Source: Candidatus Eiseniibacteriota bacterium
GTDB taxonomy: Bacteria; Eisenbacteria; RBG-16-71-46
Length of the DNA: 64,000 bases
Assembly (NCBI GenBank): GCA_963717935.1
Contig: CAVQXP010000004.1
Span: 1,248,001 to 1,312,000 of the forward strand
Direction: 5' to 3'
A program made the translations under genes and the position numbers. Of the stretch, positions 42,145-50,711 are shown piece after piece (positions within the stretch are counted from its first letter, which is position 1; each line of letters opens with the position of its first letter). A model generated the notes under the pieces. That model saw only the letters and a program-made list of their open reading frames with translations. It was not told where the DNA came from and made no database searches.

Positions 42145-42744
42145 GTGAAGACGCTCATCGCCATTCTTGTCCTCGCGATGGTGGGTTTAGTGCCCCCGAT
42201 CGCCCGAGCGACGGCCGCTGACAGCTGCGGATATGCATATGCGGACGACTTCACCACGAACGCCGTAGAGGTCGACAGCTACTCGCATACAAAGATTGAG
42301 GAGAGCTTCTGCTTTACGTGTGGAAGTGGATGGCTCATGTTTGCCACCGATTCGACCGGGAACCGCGGCCTTGGCTTCTATCCTGGCCTGCTATACGGCT
42401 CGCAGAACGCCTATGTGACGTACCGATTTCCGCAGGACGGCATCGCAGGAGGGATGGTCGGCAGTCTGGCATTCGACGCTCTGTGCTATGTCGGTCTTAC
42501 TGGGGATGGTGGGTTTGCTTGGGCCGATGTAGTCGTCCTCTATGACGACGTGTACGCAGCAACGGCGCACATCTCAGAACCTGGCCACTACAGGTTCGAA
42601 CTAGCACCGCCCCTGACGGCGTCGAAGGTGTACCTCCACATCACTGGTCAGCTGTTCCGGTTGGACAATCTGTCCGTATGCTTGGACGTCTCGACGCCAA
42701 CCCGCACCACGACGTGGGGAAGGCTCAAAGCGTTCTACCGTTGA
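42145..42744 (+). CDS. secreted protein with C-terminal PTRTTTWGRLKAFYR motif
   Basis: GGGAGG RBS before GTG; signal peptide; characteristic terminal motif. Confidence 0.8.
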   Translation: MKTLIAILVLAMVGLVPPIARATAADSCGYAYADDFTTNAVEVDSYSHTKIEESFCFTCGSGWLMFATDSTGNRGLGFYPGLLYGSQNAYVTYRFPQDGIAGGMVGSLAFDALCYVGLTGDGGFAWADVVVLYDDVYAATAHISEPGHYRFELAPPLTASKVYLHITGQLFRLDNLSVCLDVSTPTRTTTWGRLKAFYR

Positions 42745-42810
42745 CGGTAATCAGCCAACACTCTTGCGGGCCGGTCCTCTTGGATTGGTCCGCATCGTCT
42801 TGTATCCTAA

Positions 42811-42948
42811 GTCGCGCGCCTCGCGGCCGGTGGCGTCGGGGAGCCCGACGAGGACGAAGCCGGGCAGGCCGGGCCCGACATCCACCTCGCACTCGACCGG
42901 GAGCGCCTCCAGGCCCCAGAGGGCGGCCGTCCGCACGCGGCTCAGCAT
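42811..42948 (-). pseudogene. comM: truncated comM 5' fragment (46 codons, MLSRV..REARD) running into cassette sequence and stopping at 42751
   Basis: Identical to the first 138 bp of intact comM. Confidence 0.92.
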
Positions 42949-43011
42949 GGGCCTGCTCCCGGGGAGGCGGGTCGCGGGGGTGACGCCCGGAGCAACGCAA
43001 GCGCCGCGCCA
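42811..43011. repeat. 201-bp direct repeat, copy 2
   Basis: See 38440-38640. Confidence 0.95.
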
Positions 43012-43143
43012 GCTTGCGGTCAGGCCGGCGGGGGCGGGGCGGCCGCTGAGCTCCGGAGCCTCTGCAGGCCCGGGCGCCGCGGCCATCTGCCACTGCCCGG
43101 GCCGATGCCCGCCGGGGACGCTGCGGCAGCACTCGATTTGCGC

Positions 43144-43170
43144 TCAACCTCCTGGGCTGCTGGTCGATAA
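43144..43170 (+). promoter_or_regulatory. sigma28 (FliA/WhiG)-like promoter
   Basis: TCAA-N15-GTCGATAA, 27 bp before the kinase ORF. Confidence 0.6.
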
Positions 43171-43197
43171 CCCACTCCTGGACGCCCACCACCGGGA

Positions 43198-45534
43198 GTG
43201 ACGCCATTGCGGCAAGGACGCTCGGAACCCACTCATCATCCAGAGCACGATCTCGCACGAACGCTGGTGGGTGAACTCACCGCGGCGTTCTCGCCACGCG
43301 AGGCCGCGGCCGAGGTCCGGCTTCTCCTGAAGTCGCTGCGGATCGCGCTGCCCGGTGCGGGTCAGCGTCGATTGCGTGTCGTCCTCACGCGTGCGGCCCG
43401 CCGCTGGCGTCGGCGGGGCCTGGGTGACGACGCCGTGGCGCGGATGGTGCTGGAGTTGGCCGCGCCGGGGGTCCTCCGCACCATCCCGCGCGCCCTCCCG
43501 GGGTCCGGCTGCGCGCTGAGGGCCGTGTTGGACTCGGTGCCCATCCCCATGATCACCGGGGACCGGGATCTGCGGGTCACCGTGTGCAATGCCGCCTTCG
43601 AGGAACTCGTCCACGAGTCGAACGCCGCGCTCGAGGGCAGGCCGCTGTCGGAGCTGCTGGGGCCCGAATGCCGTGAGGACCTGCCCCGGCAGCTCGAAGC
43701 GATGAACTCCGGCGCCGGTGCGATGCAGATCGGCCGCATGACCCTGGTCAGCGTGCCCGGGGCGGAGTTCCTCGGGGCATGGATCCCGCTCCGGCAGCCT
43801 GACGGAGTGGGGACCTGGCTGCTGCGGTTGGCCTCGGGCTCCGCCGCGTCGCTCGAGACCCTGGGCGAGCAGTTGCGCCAGGAGGAATCGCAGAAGGAAA
43901 AACTCACCGCGCTGCTCACCGTGAGCAACGCGGTGGTGACCTCGCTCGAGCTGGACCAGATCCTCGACACCATCGCGCGTGAGGTCCGCAAGGTCATCCA
44001 GGTGGACGAGTGCATCGTATTCCTGCTCGACGAGGCGCAGAAGGTGCTCGTGCCGGCGGCCTGCGACGTGCAGGAGTTCCGCGACGAGGTCATGGCCATC
44101 CGCCTGCCGGTGGGCCAGGGCGTGACGGGCAGCGTGGTGCTGACCGGAAGGGGCGAGATCGTCAACGGTGCCCTGGATGACCCGCGGGCCGTCCAGGTGC
44201 CGGGCACGCCGGTCGAGCAGTCGGCGCTGCTCTGCGTCCCCCTGCTGGTGCGCGAGGAGGTGGCCGGGGCCATCACGCTCACGCGGGCCGGAGGCCGCGT
44301 CTTCCAGAACGAGGACCTGGAGCTGGCGACGCTGTTCGCCGGCCAGTGCAGTGCGGCCATCTCGAATGCGCGCCTCTACGAGGAGATCCGGCGCGCCTAC
44401 CACGAGCTGCGCGAGGCCCAGTCTCAGCTGGTGCAGTCGGCCAAGCTCAACGCCCTCGGCGAGATGGCGGGTGGCGTGGCCCACGACTTCAACAACATCC
44501 TGGCCGCGATCCTGGGGCGCGCGCAGTTGCTGCTGCAGGGTGTTTCGGACGAGGGGCAGCGCCGCCAGCTCGAGATCATCGAGCGGGCCGCCCTCGACGG
44601 TGCGCAGGCGGTGCGCCGGGTGCAGGAATTCACGCGCCTGCGGCAGGACGAGCACTTCGAGGCACTGGACGTAAAGGAGGTGCTGCAGGGCGTGCTCGAT
44701 CTGACGCGCTCGGCCTGGGAGGCGGAGTCCAAGCGGCGCGGCATCGCGCTGGCGGCCGTCCTCGACCTGCGCGCCGGGCAGCTCGTCGCGGGCAATGCCT
44801 CGGAGCTGCGCGAGGTCTTCACGAACCTGGTCCTGAACGCGCTCGACGCCATGCCGTGGGGTGGCACGCTCACGCTCTCGAGCGCCGACGCGGATGGCGA
44901 GGTCTGCATCCGCGTGAGCGACACCGGCGTGGGGATGGACGCCGAGACGCGCGGGCACATCTTCGACCCCTTCTTCACCACCAAGCTGGTCAAGGGCACC
45001 GGGCTCGGCCTCTCGGTGGCCTACGGCATCATCACGCGCCACCACGGCCGCATCGAGGTCGAGTCCGAGCCGGATTGCGGCAGCGTCTTCAGCGTCTGGC
45101 TGCCTGCGGCGCTGGCGCGCCAGGCGGAGCCCGAGGTGCCATCGGACGCGCCGTTGCCGCGCCTGCGCGTGCTGGCGGTGGACGACGAGGAGCCGGTGGT
45201 GCAGGTGCTCGGCGACCTGCTCGCCGCGCTGGGCCAGGAGGTGGAGATCGCCCTGGGCGGCGCGGCGGGGCTCGAGCGCTACTCACCCGAGCGTTTCGAC
45301 GTGGTGTTCACCGACCTCGGCATGCCCGGGGTGAACGGCTGGGACGTGGTGCAGACGGTCAAGTCGCGCTCACCGGACACGCCGGTCGTGATCGTCACCG
45401 GCTGGGGGGCGCAGATCGAGGGTGGGGCCTTGCGCGCGCGGGGCGCGGACTACGTGATCCCCAAGCCCTTCTCGCTCGAAGATGTCCGGGAGGTGCTGCG
45501 GCAGCTGAGCGTGGGCCCCGCACGTGCCGCCTGA
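43198..45534 (+). CDS. cytoplasmic hybrid sensor kinase (PAS-GAF-HisKA-HATPase-REC)
   Basis: CNAAFEEL PAS; GQGVTG..LCVPL GAF; GVAHDFNN; DTGVGM; GTGLGL; TDLGMPG; start uncertain. Confidence 0.9.
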   Translation: MTPLRQGRSEPTHHPEHDLARTLVGELTAAFSPREAAAEVRLLLKSLRIALPGAGQRRLRVVLTRAARRWRRRGLGDDAVARMVLELAAPGVLRTIPRALPGSGCALRAVLDSVPIPMITGDRDLRVTVCNAAFEELVHESNAALEGRPLSELLGPECREDLPRQLEAMNSGAGAMQIGRMTLVSVPGAEFLGAWIPLRQPDGVGTWLLRLASGSAASLETLGEQLRQEESQKEKLTALLTVSNAVVTSLELDQILDTIAREVRKVIQVDECIVFLLDEAQKVLVPAACDVQEFRDEVMAIRLPVGQGVTGSVVLTGRGEIVNGALDDPRAVQVPGTPVEQSALLCVPLLVREEVAGAITLTRAGGRVFQNEDLELATLFAGQCSAAISNARLYEEIRRAYHELREAQSQLVQSAKLNALGEMAGGVAHDFNNILAAILGRAQLLLQGVSDEGQRRQLEIIERAALDGAQAVRRVQEFTRLRQDEHFEALDVKEVLQGVLDLTRSAWEAESKRRGIALAAVLDLRAGQLVAGNASELREVFTNLVLNALDAMPWGGTLTLSSADADGEVCIRVSDTGVGMDAETRGHIFDPFFTTKLVKGTGLGLSVAYGIITRHHGRIEVESEPDCGSVFSVWLPAALARQAEPEVPSDAPLPRLRVLAVDDEEPVVQVLGDLLAALGQEVEIALGGAAGLERYSPERFDVVFTDLGMPGVNGWDVVQTVKSRSPDTPVVIVTGWGAQIEGGALRARGADYVIPKPFSLEDVREVLRQLSVGPARAA

Positions 45535-45556
45535 GGCGTCCGGTCTCCTCCGTGTG

Positions 45557-45602
45557 AACGAGTGTGCGCCCGCCCCGGGTGGGGGGCGGGCGCACACTCG
45601 TT
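45557..45602. terminator. perfect 20-bp inverted repeat between convergent genes
   Basis: AACGAGTGTGCGCCCGCCCC-GGGTGG-GGGGCGGGCGCACACTCGTT. Confidence 0.75.
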
Positions 45603-45621
45603 GGGCGCGTGTTCCCGGCGG

Positions 45622-46227
45622 TCAGCGCGTGCTGCCGGGCAGGGTCGCGCCGGGTGCCGCGAGGACCAGGGCGGTCGAGACCAGCCGCGCGTAGCCGCCC
45701 TCGGGCACGCCCGTGCGGTCGAAGCCGCGGACGCGGCCCGAGCGGTCCACCACGAACCACGCGGGCGCGGCGTGACGCGTCGCGGGGTCGAGCGCGCTGA
45801 ACTGCGTGGCGATGATGTTCCGCGAGTCGGGGATGAGCGTGAAGTGCAGGCCGAGCCGGCGGGCCAGACTCGCGACCCCTGTCGCGCTCCGGTCCAACAC
45901 GGCAGCCGGCACCACGCGCAGGTCGAGCAGGCGGTCCCGGTCGCGCTCGAGCGCCAGCAATTGCGCTTCGGTCGGCGAGAACACGAGCAGCACGTGGCCC
46001 TGCGCCCTCAGGTCGCGCAGCCGCTGTGGACGCGAGCCCGGGCCGTCCCAGGCCACGTCGGGCGCCGAGTCGCCGGTCGTCACGACCAGGACGGGTGGCT
46101 CGACCCCGGTCGATGCGAGCGTGACAGGCACGTGCGACGTCTCGACGTTGGTGGGGATGTGGACCTGCGGGGTCGAGGCGACCAGAACGAAACAGGTCGC
46201 GGCGACGACGGCGGGGGAGAGTCTCAA
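45622..46227 (-). CDS. secreted redoxin/AhpC-fold protein lacking catalytic Cys
   Basis: GDSAPDV..RLRDLR..VLLVFS; FTLIPD; PAWFVVDRSGRVR. Confidence 0.7.
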   Translation of the reverse strand: MRLSPAVVAATCFVLVASTPQVHIPTNVETSHVPVTLASTGVEPPVLVVTTGDSAPDVAWDGPGSRPQRLRDLRAQGHVLLVFSPTEAQLLALERDRDRLLDLRVVPAAVLDRSATGVASLARRLGLHFTLIPDSRNIIATQFSALDPATRHAAPAWFVVDRSGRVRGFDRTGVPEGGYARLVSTALVLAAPGATLPGSTR

Positions 46228-46275
46228 GTGGGCCTCCGGGCGTGCGTGGTGGCAGGAACGACGAACCGCCCAGAG

Positions 46276-46303
46276 TCATCGGCAGGGAGACGGACGGACT
46301 TGA
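46276..46303 (-). promoter_or_regulatory. sigma28 (FliA/WhiG)-like promoter
   Basis: Minus strand TCAA-N16-GCCGATGA about 50 bp upstream of the redoxin-like ORF. Confidence 0.6.
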
Positions 46304-46380
46304 GCCCGCCCGCCTCCCTGCCGCCTGCAAACGCACGGACGCGCGCCCGCCTTCGAGGGAGGCGCCGCCTCGCCCGGGCC

Positions 46381-46965
46381 TCAGGATCCGGTGACGGAGC
46401 TCTTCACCAGTGCCAGCATCTCGTCGAGGGCGATCTGCTGGCCGAGCAGGGCCATGCGCACCACACCCTGGCGGTCGATCAGCACGAAGCCCGGCCGCAC
46501 CAGCCGCATCTTGGTGTCGTAGAGCCCGTAGAGCTGACTGATCTCGCCGGTGACATCGGAGAGCAGGATGACGGGCAGTTGCTCCCGCTCGGCGTGGGAC
46601 TTCAGGACGTGCGCCTTGTCGGCGCAGATGCCGTAGGGCTTCACTCCCAGCCGGCGCAGGTCGGGTTCGATCTCCTTCAGGGGTGCCAGGTCCTTGCGGC
46701 GGTCGGCAAAGACCAGCAGGATCCGGTAGCCCTTGAGGTGCGCGAGCCGCACCGGCCGGCCCTGCGAGCCGTCGAGCTCGAAGTCGGGCGCCTGCTCCCC
46801 GACGTAGACCTGGCTCAGGATACGGCTCCCCTGCGGGGCGGGCGAGATCGGGCTCTCCTTGGTGGTCGGAGATGTCACGGGCGCCTTCGACTTGCTCGCC
46901 TCGTCGGCGCGGGTGGCACCCGCCAGCGCCAGCAGCATCACGATCGTGAAGAGTGAACGTCTCAT
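46381..46965 (-). CDS. secreted redoxin/AhpC-TSA-fold protein lacking the peroxidatic loop
   Basis: VGEQAPDFELDGSQGRPVRL, LLSD..YG, FVLIDRQGVVR; GGGAGG RBS. Confidence 0.8.
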   Translation of the reverse strand: MRRSLFTIVMLLALAGATRADEASKSKAPVTSPTTKESPISPAPQGSRILSQVYVGEQAPDFELDGSQGRPVRLAHLKGYRILLVFADRRKDLAPLKEIEPDLRRLGVKPYGICADKAHVLKSHAEREQLPVILLSDVTGEISQLYGLYDTKMRLVRPGFVLIDRQGVVRMALLGQQIALDEMLALVKSSVTGS

Positions 46966-47005
46966 GGCCCCACCTCCCGGTTCGGGTACGAGCTTCAGCG
47001 CACGA

Positions 47006-48019
47006 TCATCTCTCCAATGACGTCGGCAGCCGCGTGGACGCCACCGCGTCCCGCACGGCGTGCAGGTTCTCCGCCGGAGTGCCCGGTGGGATCGAGCAAC
47101 CGGGTGCGGCGAGCCAGCGGCGTCCCGCAGTCTCGGCCAGCGCGGCGCCGTACTCCGCCAGCGCGGCCCCGGGACCGGCCGCCTGCAGCGCACCGTCCTG
47201 GGAGATCCCGCCCATCACCGCGGCCCCGAGGCGCTCGAGCGCCTCGCGCAGCGTGGGATTCGTCGGGTCGGTCGTGGCCCACGAGAAGGCCGCGACCGGG
47301 TAGTCCCCGAACTCGAACAGCAGGTTCCTGCGCTTGCAGACGTGCAGGACGTTGAAGGGAGCGCCCGCCGCCGCGGCCAGCACGCGCAGGTCGAAGGGGC
47401 GCGCCCAGGCGCGGTACTGCGCGGGCGTGAGCAGGTCCGCCGAGGCCCAGTCCACGGTGGCGAAGTAGATGCCGTCGGCCCCGGCGCGCAGCACCTCGCG
47501 CACGAAGGGCTCGTAGGTGGCCGTCACCGCCTCGAGCGCTCCGCGCACGAGGCCGGGATGCGAGTCGAGTTGAGCGCGCAGCTCCCCGGGGGTCTCGACC
47601 ATCTCGCCCAGCACGGCGAGCGGCGTGAAGATCGTCTCGATGAGCGGCACTTCGGCCGGCAGTGCCCGGCGCAGCAGGCGCACCGCCTCGATCTGCTCGC
47701 CCAGCGCCCCCGCGGTGGGCGGCCGCGGCGTGACGTGCGCCCAGTCCGTGGGGGCGTGCACGGGCCACGACTCGAGCCCGGGCTTCACGTCCGGCACGCC
47801 CGGGTAGCGGTAGCGCACGCCCCAGGGCTCGACGTGGCAGTGCTTCCGCGGGTTGAGCTTCACCCAGTCCCAGCGGTACTCGCGCCAGAACTCGAGCGTG
47901 GCCTCGACCAGCTCGGCCGCGCTGCTCTCGCGATGATAGAAGTGGCCCCAGAAGGACACCGGGGGCCGATCCACGGCACGGCCCTCGAGGGCAGCCCAGA
48001 CCCGTTCGCGAGACGTCAT
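47006..48019 (-). CDS. uroporphyrinogen decarboxylase (URO-D/MtaA-CmuA) family protein
   Basis: MTSRERV..DRPPV, FTPL, AGADGIYF, LHVC, VMGGI, APGCSIP. Confidence 0.85.
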   Translation of the reverse strand: MTSRERVWAALEGRAVDRPPVSFWGHFYHRESSAAELVEATLEFWREYRWDWVKLNPRKHCHVEPWGVRYRYPGVPDVKPGLESWPVHAPTDWAHVTPRPPTAGALGEQIEAVRLLRRALPAEVPLIETIFTPLAVLGEMVETPGELRAQLDSHPGLVRGALEAVTATYEPFVREVLRAGADGIYFATVDWASADLLTPAQYRAWARPFDLRVLAAAAGAPFNVLHVCKRRNLLFEFGDYPVAAFSWATTDPTNPTLREALERLGAAVMGGISQDGALQAAGPGAALAEYGAALAETAGRRWLAAPGCSIPPGTPAENLHAVRDAVASTRLPTSLER

Positions 48020-48202
48020 GCTGCCTCCCAGGGGTGCCCCGTGGCGGAGGCGCGGCCAATCGGCCCCGCCCGGCGGGGGCCGGTGGAACGGCCCGGGACG
48101 CAACCCGGCGCCACTCCTCTGCGATCACTCTAGACCCCGGGGTGGTTCGCGACAAGAGCCGGGCACTTTGCGCCGCGGGCGCTCTGCCCCTAGCGTTACG
48201 GC

Positions 48203-48820
48203 ATGCGGAAGGACCCGGGGTTGGGCTTCGGAGCGGGGGTGACCCGGGTGTGCCTTCCGCTCGCGCTCCTGCTCGCGGCCGGGTGCTCCCGGACCCCGTC
48301 GCCTGCGGCCTCGCGGCCGCCGGCTCCGCCCGTCTCCGTCCCGCTCGCCGTGCACGTCTACGCTGACACCGGCCGCGGTGGCCGCCTCGAAGTGCGTCCG
48401 CCCGCCGCCCGCGTCTGGCTCGCGAGGGTCTCCCCGACGCGCGCGCTCCCGACCGTGCCGGCTCTACCCGAGGCGCTCCCCGACAGCCTGCCGCCGCTCG
48501 AGGAGACTCCGCCCGGGCTCGAGGTGGACCCGGGGCTCAAGCCGCCCATCCTGCGCGCGCCCGGGACGCTGACGCTGCCGCCCGGCTGGGATGGCCCGCG
48601 GACGAGCGTGGATCTGGACGTGCGCGTGGACGAATCGGGCCGGGTGAGCGACGCGCTCCCGGCCCTGGTGGATGGCGACGCGGCGGCGATCGAGGCGGAG
48701 CTGGTCGAGGCGGCGCGCCGCTGCGCCTTCGGGATGCGCTTCTACCCGGCGCTCCAGGGCGGGCGAGCCGTGCCGGTGTGGTGCCGGCAACGCTTCGACT
48801 TCGGTGGGGCGCGGCGATGA
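48203..48820 (+). CDS. putative lipoprotein with TonB C-terminal-like domain
   Basis: LAAGC lipobox; VRVDESGRV..RFYPA..GRAVPVW..F; start uncertain. Confidence 0.65.
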   Translation: MRKDPGLGFGAGVTRVCLPLALLLAAGCSRTPSPAASRPPAPPVSVPLAVHVYADTGRGGRLEVRPPAARVWLARVSPTRALPTVPALPEALPDSLPPLEETPPGLEVDPGLKPPILRAPGTLTLPPGWDGPRTSVDLDVRVDESGRVSDALPALVDGDAAAIEAELVEAARRCAFGMRFYPALQGGRAVPVWCRQRFDFGGARR

Positions 48821-50676
48821 GCCGCCGCCGCGCGAGCGCGGCCTGGGTGGGCCCGGCGCTGGCCCTGAGCCTGGTGGCGGCACTGGTCGCGATCGTCCTC
48901 TCGCTCTCGGGGGGGGGCTGCGACCTGCTCGATCCTTCGCGGCGCCTGGTGCGCGAGCGCATCCGCGAGCAACTCACCGCCCGCCAGGCCGCGCGGCGCT
49001 GGTTCCGGCGCTCGCGTGAGCGCGCGCTGGTGGGTAACTACGACGTCGCGCCCCTGGTGGTGCGCTTCTACGAGCGCCGCGGGTTCAACGCCGCCTGGAG
49101 CACGGCGCGGGGGCCGCGCGACGAGGCGCTCCAGCTGGCCGATGCGCTGGAGGCCGCGCCGCGCGAGGGCCTCGAGCCCGGGGACGCCCAGGCCGATCAG
49201 GTGCGCGTGCGGCTCGAGGCGCTGGCCGTGGCCCGCGAGCCGATCGGTCGCAGGCTCGAGCCGCGCGCGCTGGCCGAGACGGACGTGCTGCTGACGCGCT
49301 CGTTCCTCAAGCACGCCGCGCATCTGCACTCGGGACTCATCGACCCGGCGCGGCTGCCCTCGGACTGGCACCTGAACCCGCGGCGGGCGGATCTGGTGAA
49401 GGTGCTCGAGCAGGCGCTCGCCACGCACGACGTGGCCGCGGCGCTCGAGGGTCTCGAGCCGGCGCACCCGGGCTACGCGGCGCTGCGGGAGATGCTCGAA
49501 CGCTACCGGGAGATCGCCCGCGCGGGCGGGTGGCGCGGGGTGCCGCCGGGACGGGCGCTGCGGCGCGGGAGCGCGGGCGAGCGCGTGCGGCTGCTGCGCG
49601 AGCGGCTGGCCGCCGAGGGCGACCTCGACCGCTCGCTCGCGGGGAGGGGTATCTTCGACGCCGCGCTGGTCGCGGCGGTCAGGCGTTTCCAGGCGCGCCA
49701 CGGACTCGATACCACGGGGGTCGTGGGCGAGCACGAACTCAGGGAGCTCGGCGTGCCGGTGAAGGCGCGCATCCGGCAGATCGCGCTCAACCTGGAACGC
49801 TGGCGCTGGCTGCCCGCGACCCTGGGCGAGCGTCACCTGCTCGTGAACATCCCGGGCTTCACGCTCGAGGCGCGCGAGCAGGACCGCGCCGTGCTGGCCA
49901 TGCGCGTCGTGGTGGGCAAGGAGCTGAGCCGCACGCCCATGTTCAGCGACTCGATCACCTACCTCGTCTTCAACCCCATCTGGGAGCTGCCGGCCGAGAT
50001 CGCGAAGAACGAGGTGCTGCCCTCCATCCAGAATGACCCGGAGTACCTGGCGAAGAACCATCTGCGCCTCTACCGGGGTCACGGCCGCGCGGCGCGCGAG
50101 GTGGACCCCGCGAAGGTGGACTGGAAGCAGGTCACGCCGGAGGAGTTCGGCTTCGCGGTCAAGCAGGATCCCGGGCCCGAGAACTCGATCGGCCACGTGA
50201 AGTTCATGTGCCCGAACCAGTTCGCGGTCTACCTGCACGACACGCCGGCCGGGCACCTGTTCGGCGCGACCCGGCGCGACTACAGTCATGGCTGCGTGCG
50301 CGTCGAGCGCCCGCTCGAACTGGCGCTGTACCTGCTGCGCGGCAAGGCCGACTGGGACTCCGCGCGCATCGCGGCGGCCTTCGACACGCTGAGGAACAAG
50401 GTGGTCCAGCTGCCCGAGCCCGTGCCGGTCCACATCCTGTACTGGACGACCTGGGTGGATGACCGGGGGACGGCGCAGTTTCGGCGCGACGTCTACGCCG
50501 TGGACAGCCTGCTCACGGACGCGCTCAGTCGCGCCCGCAGGCTGCCCGCGCCCGCGCTCGAGTGGGCCCGTGTCCGCCCGGTCGATTCGACGAGCGCGGT
50601 GGTGCCGCCTCGCGCCGGAGCGGCGCCGGGCCCGGAGGCCGCGGGAGCGGCTCCCGGCGCGCCCACGCGCCGTTGA
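48817..50676 (+). CDS. L,D-transpeptidase, YcbB/LdtD type
   Basis: PG-binding domain AVRRFQARHGL; NLERWRW, VNIP, YLHDTP, SHGCVRV. Confidence 0.93.
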   Translation: MSRRRASAAWVGPALALSLVAALVAIVLSLSGGGCDLLDPSRRLVRERIREQLTARQAARRWFRRSRERALVGNYDVAPLVVRFYERRGFNAAWSTARGPRDEALQLADALEAAPREGLEPGDAQADQVRVRLEALAVAREPIGRRLEPRALAETDVLLTRSFLKHAAHLHSGLIDPARLPSDWHLNPRRADLVKVLEQALATHDVAAALEGLEPAHPGYAALREMLERYREIARAGGWRGVPPGRALRRGSAGERVRLLRERLAAEGDLDRSLAGRGIFDAALVAAVRRFQARHGLDTTGVVGEHELRELGVPVKARIRQIALNLERWRWLPATLGERHLLVNIPGFTLEAREQDRAVLAMRVVVGKELSRTPMFSDSITYLVFNPIWELPAEIAKNEVLPSIQNDPEYLAKNHLRLYRGHGRAAREVDPAKVDWKQVTPEEFGFAVKQDPGPENSIGHVKFMCPNQFAVYLHDTPAGHLFGATRRDYSHGCVRVERPLELALYLLRGKADWDSARIAAAFDTLRNKVVQLPEPVPVHILYWTTWVDDRGTAQFRRDVYAVDSLLTDALSRARRLPAPALEWARVRPVDSTSAVVPPRAGAAPGPEAAGAAPGAPTRR

Positions 50677-50711
50677 CCACCCTGCGGCACCGGTGTAGCG
50701 TCCGGCGCCAT

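Larger units (their letters stand above)
38641..42810. mobile_element. putative integrated cassette 2 (4170 bp, low GC) between the comM 5' repeats
   Basis: Sharp drop in GC and codon bias; flanked by the 201-bp direct repeat; no recombinase gene. Confidence 0.7.

Noticed and set aside
30862..42810. Integron cassette array
   Set aside because: No integron integrase and no recognisable RYYYAAC..GTTRRRY attC sites between the cargo genes
45622..46965. Selenocysteine recoding in the redoxin-like genes, suggested by selA
   Set aside because: No in-frame TGA at the expected active-site position; selB and selC are not visible in the window
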